64,000 bases of DNA from the NCBI RefSeq assembly GCF_004010195.1, contig NC_057751.1:1463167-1527166 (forward strand), in the 5' to 3' direction. The notes under the pieces are model-generated. The model searched no databases and had not been told where the DNA came from. It worked only from the letters and a program-made list of their open reading frames with translations. The first letter of the stretch is position 1. The number at the start of each line of letters is the position of its first letter. A program made the position numbers and the translations under genes. Of the stretch, positions 61,701 through 64,000 are shown piece after piece. This DNA is from Chiloscyllium plagiosum. Taxonomy: Eukaryota.

Positions 61701-62775
61701 CCCTGTATTTTGCATTCAAATTTGACCTTACAAAGCGAATTACTTCACACTTTTCCAGGTTGAACTCCACTCAGTTGGTTCCCTGTTTCAAGTTGTTCTA
61801 GATCTCAACTTGCGATGGGAAAAAAAGGGCTTATTTCCTCGCTTTTTCCTGCTGGTGCTCTGATTGGGTACCTTCAGTTTCTGAACTTTAGCCAATAGTC
61901 AACAAACGTCTCCTCATCAAATCTATCTGTGACTTTCAGCACTTCTGTTAATCTCACTTCAGCTTTCTCTGAACTAAGGGAAACAACTGCAGGCTCCACT
62001 ATTTCTATAAGTCCCTGGACCCTGGGATCACCTGGGAAATCTCTCCAAAGGATTGAACCAGACCAATACTTCAACTGAGATCATATTCAAGTTTGTGAAG
62101 GTTTAGAATAACATCCTTGCTTTTGAACTTGATGTCCCACTTCACAAAAATCAATGATCCCTTCTGAGCAGTCAACTTGCTGTGGCATCTTTCAATAACC
62201 TCTCGATTATGCTGCTGTGTAAAATGGTCCTTACTCAGTTCGTAGGTTCCCTTCATCCCTCCTCCCAAAATATGATGTATCACAGTTTGTCTCTTGCATT
62301 TGCCCCCTTCCCAAACAGCTTTATGTCCTTCCCAATTCTGTTCCTGTACTTCACAAAGCTGCATTTTCCCAGCTGTGTGTCACCTCTGCACTTTGATGTC
62401 TTGCACCCCCTGGCTTTTACAGTCAATGTAAAATAAAAATGATGTTCACACAGACTCCTCGCAAATACCACTGGGTAGCATCTGGAAAACAGCAGCTCAC
62501 CGCTAAGTATTCTGCTCTTTGACTGATTTTATCTATGCTGCAACTGTTGCTCCATTCCCACACATGAATTTTTCCAAACGGGTTACGATGTAGGACATGA
62601 ACACCTTTTGAAAATCCATAAACACACAAAACCATCTTATCACCGCCCTCTCTGAAGCTTCACAAAGCCCCGGACTGTTACCTTCTAGAGTCAATGCAGA
62701 AATACAACAGAGGTTAAATCGTCAGCTTACCATGTATTCCACTATCTTGTCATGCAGTATGGAGTCAGAGTCCAT
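37393..62775 (-). CDS. BTRC-like: beta-TrCP family F-box/WD40 protein (BTRC/FBXW11-like), spliced CDS: join(62731-62775,56415-56492,55315-55546,52121-52307,47858-47954,46889-47026,46599-46717,45416-45665,44244-44362,42576-42686,40493-40571,37393-37554), 1617 nt, 538 aa
   Basis: 12 GT-AG exons in consistent phase with no stops. D-domain, F-box ([18 protein letters not shown]) and seven WD40 repeats nearly identical to beta-TrCP; ends RTYTYVSR*. An in-frame ATG at 62778 could add one Met. Orthology (BTRC, FBXW11 or a third paralogue) is unresolved. Confidence 0.93.
38985..40085 (-). mobile_element. CR1 LINE 3' part with a short inverted CR1 tail inserted at about 39425-39520
   Basis: [29 protein letters not shown]; [13 protein letters not shown]. 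Confidence 0.9.
40128..40450 (-). mobile_element. HE1-type V-SINE
   Basis: Reversed head, V-domain and tail. Confidence 0.88.
40493..40571 (-). CDS. BTRC-like: beta-TrCP WD40 exon
   Basis: [26 protein letters not shown], 79 nt. Confidence 0.95.
40660..40873. mobile_element. Palindromic Penelope-type element with hammerhead cores on both strands; TSD gaacagcctca
   Basis: + strand CTGAAGA-AGAGC-TTAT-GCCC-GAAAC (40749-40773); - strand CTGAAGA-AGGGC-TTAT-GCC-GAAACGTC (40716-40742). Confidence 0.8.
41800..42300 (+). repeat. 33-bp minisatellite (gtactgagggagtgctgcactgtcggagggaca), about 13 copies plus 2-3 variant units
   Basis: Directly visible; produces 11-aa periodic spurious ORFs. Confidence 0.97.
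42576..42686 (-). CDS. BTRC-like: beta-TrCP WD40 exon
   Basis: [37 protein letters not shown], 111 nt. Confidence 0.95.
43178..43718 (+). mobile_element. Candidate solo LTR (about 540 bp)
   Basis: TGT...ACA ends, near-TSD tgat/tgag, AT-rich body, AATAAA about 80 nt before the end. Confidence 0.5.
43725..44190 (+). mobile_element. Decayed CR1 RT fragment
   Basis: gtaccacaaggatcagta (VPQGS) and gaatttgcagatgat (FADD) remnants. Confidence 0.7.
44244..44362 (-). CDS. BTRC-like: beta-TrCP WD40 exon
   Basis: [40 protein letters not shown], 119 nt. Confidence 0.95.
45416..45665 (-). CDS. BTRC-like: beta-TrCP WD40 exon
   Basis: [25 protein letters not shown]...[10 protein letters not shown], 250 nt. 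Confidence 0.95.
45711..45885 (+). repeat. (GAGAGAGAGAAC)n 12-bp microsatellite
   Basis: About 13 copies; pyrimidine-rich on the gene strand, just upstream of the acceptor at 45665. Confidence 0.95.
46087..46385 (-). mobile_element. HE1-type V-SINE
   Basis: Reversed copy with tail, V-domain and head. Confidence 0.9.
46599..46717 (-). CDS. BTRC-like: beta-TrCP WD40 exon
   Basis: [40 protein letters not shown], 119 nt. Confidence 0.95.
46889..47026 (-). CDS. BTRC-like: beta-TrCP WD40 exon
   Basis: [46 protein letters not shown], 138 nt. Confidence 0.95.
47858..47954 (-). CDS. BTRC-like: beta-TrCP linker exon
   Basis: [32 protein letters not shown], 97 nt, ttgcag/gtaaga. Confidence 0.93.
48368..48455. 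repeat. Degenerate hexamer repeat (ACCCTG/ACCCGG-like)
   Basis: 6-nt periodicity visible. Confidence 0.6.
48596..50790 (+). mobile_element. Decayed CR1 RT to 3' end containing a 666-bp tandem duplication
   Basis: [13 protein letters not shown] and SQYGFV...WIEFFE...VYMHFSKA; the block at about 48763-49420 is repeated at about 49429-50090. Confidence 0.9.
51678..52130. repeat. About 41-42 bp minisatellite containing the beta-TrCP exon end and 5' splice site
   Basis: Unit ccctgagcaccgtccttaccatcccctcccctccctcctgt alternating with a ggctctaccatcccgt variant, about 11 copies. Confidence 0.95.
52121..52307 (-). CDS. BTRC-like: beta-TrCP F-box exon
   Basis: [63 protein letters not shown], 187 nt. 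Confidence 0.95.
52640..53350 (+). mobile_element. CR1 3' end with a roughly 125-bp internal duplication, interrupted by a Penelope-type palindrome at about 53010-53175
   Basis: [16 protein letters not shown]...SRTRGHSL (twice). Confidence 0.85.
53745..54400 (-). mobile_element. CR1/HER1 3' end
   Basis: [32 protein letters not shown]. Confidence 0.9.
54093..54225 (+). mobile_element. Penelope-type short element with a hammerhead-like core; TSD catgcccttcat
   Basis: CTGATGT-AGGAGC-GTC-GCTCC-GAAAGCTA; 12-bp direct repeats flank it inside a CR1. Confidence 0.75.
55315..55546 (-). CDS. BTRC-like: beta-TrCP D-domain exon
   Basis: TKLSNGT...[47 protein letters not shown], 232 nt. Confidence 0.95.
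55655..55875. repeat. Compound (CA)/(CT) microsatellite
   Basis: Directly visible. Confidence 0.9.
56415..56492 (-). CDS. BTRC-like: beta-TrCP exon ([26 protein letters not shown])
   Basis: cttcag acceptor, CAG|gtgaca donor, 78 nt. Similar to BTRC NSSEREDCNNGEPPRKIIPEKNSLRQ. Confidence 0.85.
60745..61770 (-). mobile_element. CR1 3' end
   Basis: [13 protein letters not shown]...RDLWVHVH; CVQFWSPH. Confidence 0.9.
61012..61228. mobile_element. Palindromic Penelope-type element nested in the CR1
   Basis: Same family as 14964 and 40660; minus-strand CTGATGA-AGGAC-TTAT-GCCT-GAAACGTC; flanks cttaaaa(t/g)ta. Confidence 0.75.
61990..62640 (-). mobile_element. Old, decayed CR1 fragment
   Basis: [13 protein letters not shown] remnant and a DFQKVF-like ccttttgaaaatcc. 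Confidence 0.5.
62731..62775 (-). CDS. BTRC-like: beta-TrCP coding exon 1 ([15 protein letters not shown])
   Basis: ATG...ATG|gtaagc. 15 aa, similar to FBXW11 MEPDSVIEDKTIELM. Confidence 0.82.
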
Positions 62776-63499
62776 CATTCACAATCTCAGAAAGAATAAG
62801 AGTGAGAAGGGGGGGGACGACGACTCTGGTTGGAGTGGAGTTCTTTCTGGGAAACAGCAAAAGGAGGAAGGAGGAGGAGGAGGAGGGGGCACAGCCTCTC
62901 CCTCATGAACGAGAATTCCTTCTCAGCTTCTTCCAAGGTTCGAGACGAGGGGAATGGCCTGGTGTGGTGTGGTTGGGTTGGGTTGGCTTGGGGTGGGGGT
63001 ACAGCCACCCCCCCTGCTCAGTCCTTCAGCCTCATCTGGGAAGCTGCAGAGTGAGGGGAGAGCAGGCTGTGGGGCTGGAAGGGCCTCCAGGAGGCTTGCC
63101 TGGCTGGGGAGGTGATTTGCTGGGTCTCCCAGCCGCCTGTCGGTCCCTTTGCCCCTCTCTCTGTCTCAGTCTCTGGGTATATTCCAAGGACTCCTCTTCT
63201 TGCTGCTGCAGCTGGGGAGGGTTTGGATTTCCTTCTCACTTTTTTCTCCACACCCACCACCCCCCTCCTTCCTCTCTTTCACCCTCAGCTCTCAGAGACA
63301 TCCGGGACCCGCCGGAGCACCACGGGAAATGAAAACCAGCCCGAAAATAAATTTATTTTTGTTTTTTTTTTCGCAAAAAGGGATGTAAATGCAACGGAGG
63401 AGGAGAGGCAGCGAGGGGCAGGAGGAGGCTGGAAGCTGGAAATTGTTACATCCGCCGCGTGGAAACAAAAATGTAACAAAGGGAGAAAAAGGCAACATT

Positions 63500-63682
63500 T
63501 GACCTTTCACCCCCCAACACACACAGACACACACACACAGGGGGCTGCTTCCGGGATATACATGATCCACTTCAACACAGCAGCAGCACCTGGGTGCTTT
63601 CTCTGTGTGGGTGTTGTTTTTAACAAGTTGCTGAATTATTTTTATTTTTTTTTGTGTGTGAATTGGGGTTGACCTTTGACCT
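63500..63682. promoter_or_regulatory. Two DR1 nuclear-receptor-type elements upstream of the beta-TrCP gene
   Basis: TGACCT-T-TGACCT at 63670-63682 (perfect) and TGACCT-T-TCACCC at 63500-63512. Confidence 0.35.
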
Positions 63683-63711
63683 GCCTTGAGGAGAGCAGCA
63701 GCAGCAGCAGC

Positions 63712-63732
63712 ATGGCAGGTCTAGGATCTTTG
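63712..63732 (+). CDS. Possible short first coding exon of a divergent gene (MAGLGSL)
   Basis: (CAG)n leader, Kozak-like agcATGG, consensus donor TTG|gtgagt. No homology recognised. Confidence 0.3.
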
Positions 63733-64000
63733 GTGAGTCGCACAGAGTCCTCTTGCCCCCATTGTCTCCTCCTTTCCCAAAGGGTGTTGTTCCTGCTCCT
63801 CTCTCACTCTCACACACACCAACCCCCACCCTCTCTATGTCTGGGTCTGTGCAGTTCTGCCCACACCCACACCTCACGTGGAGGTGCCAGGGTTGGACTG
63901 CGGCGGGGGGGGGGTAGGGTCCGATAGGTTACAAATAAACCTGTCGGGCTTCAACCTGATGTTGTGTGATTTCCCCCACCACCCCCGGAGCAACCTGTCT

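Overview
Vertebrate genomic DNA, almost certainly from a cartilaginous fish (shark), judged from its HE1-type V-SINEs, CR1/HER1-type LINEs and short Penelope-type palindromic elements. Two spliced genes lie on the minus strand, reconstructed by hand from splice sites and homology. (1) A complete nucleoplasmin NPM2 gene: 8 coding exons, 16508->563, 196 aa, with a candidate oocyte-type promoter near 17.1 kb. (2) A complete beta-TrCP (BTRC/FBXW11 family) F-box/WD40 gene: 12 coding exons, 62775->37393, 538 aa, plus a probable non-coding last exon of about 4.9 kb. This beta-TrCP mixes BTRC and FBXW11 characters and sits directly upstream of NPM2, so it may be a third beta-TrCP ohnologue, absent from the human NPM2 locus. 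Other notable items: a minisatellite built from a beta-TrCP splice donor, short TSD-flanked elements carrying minimal hammerhead-ribozyme cores, a decayed Gmr1-like Gypsy element (integrase upstream of RNase H), and a possible divergent first exon near the right end. There are two assembly gaps (8565-8821, 34527-34990). Repeat boundaries are approximate.
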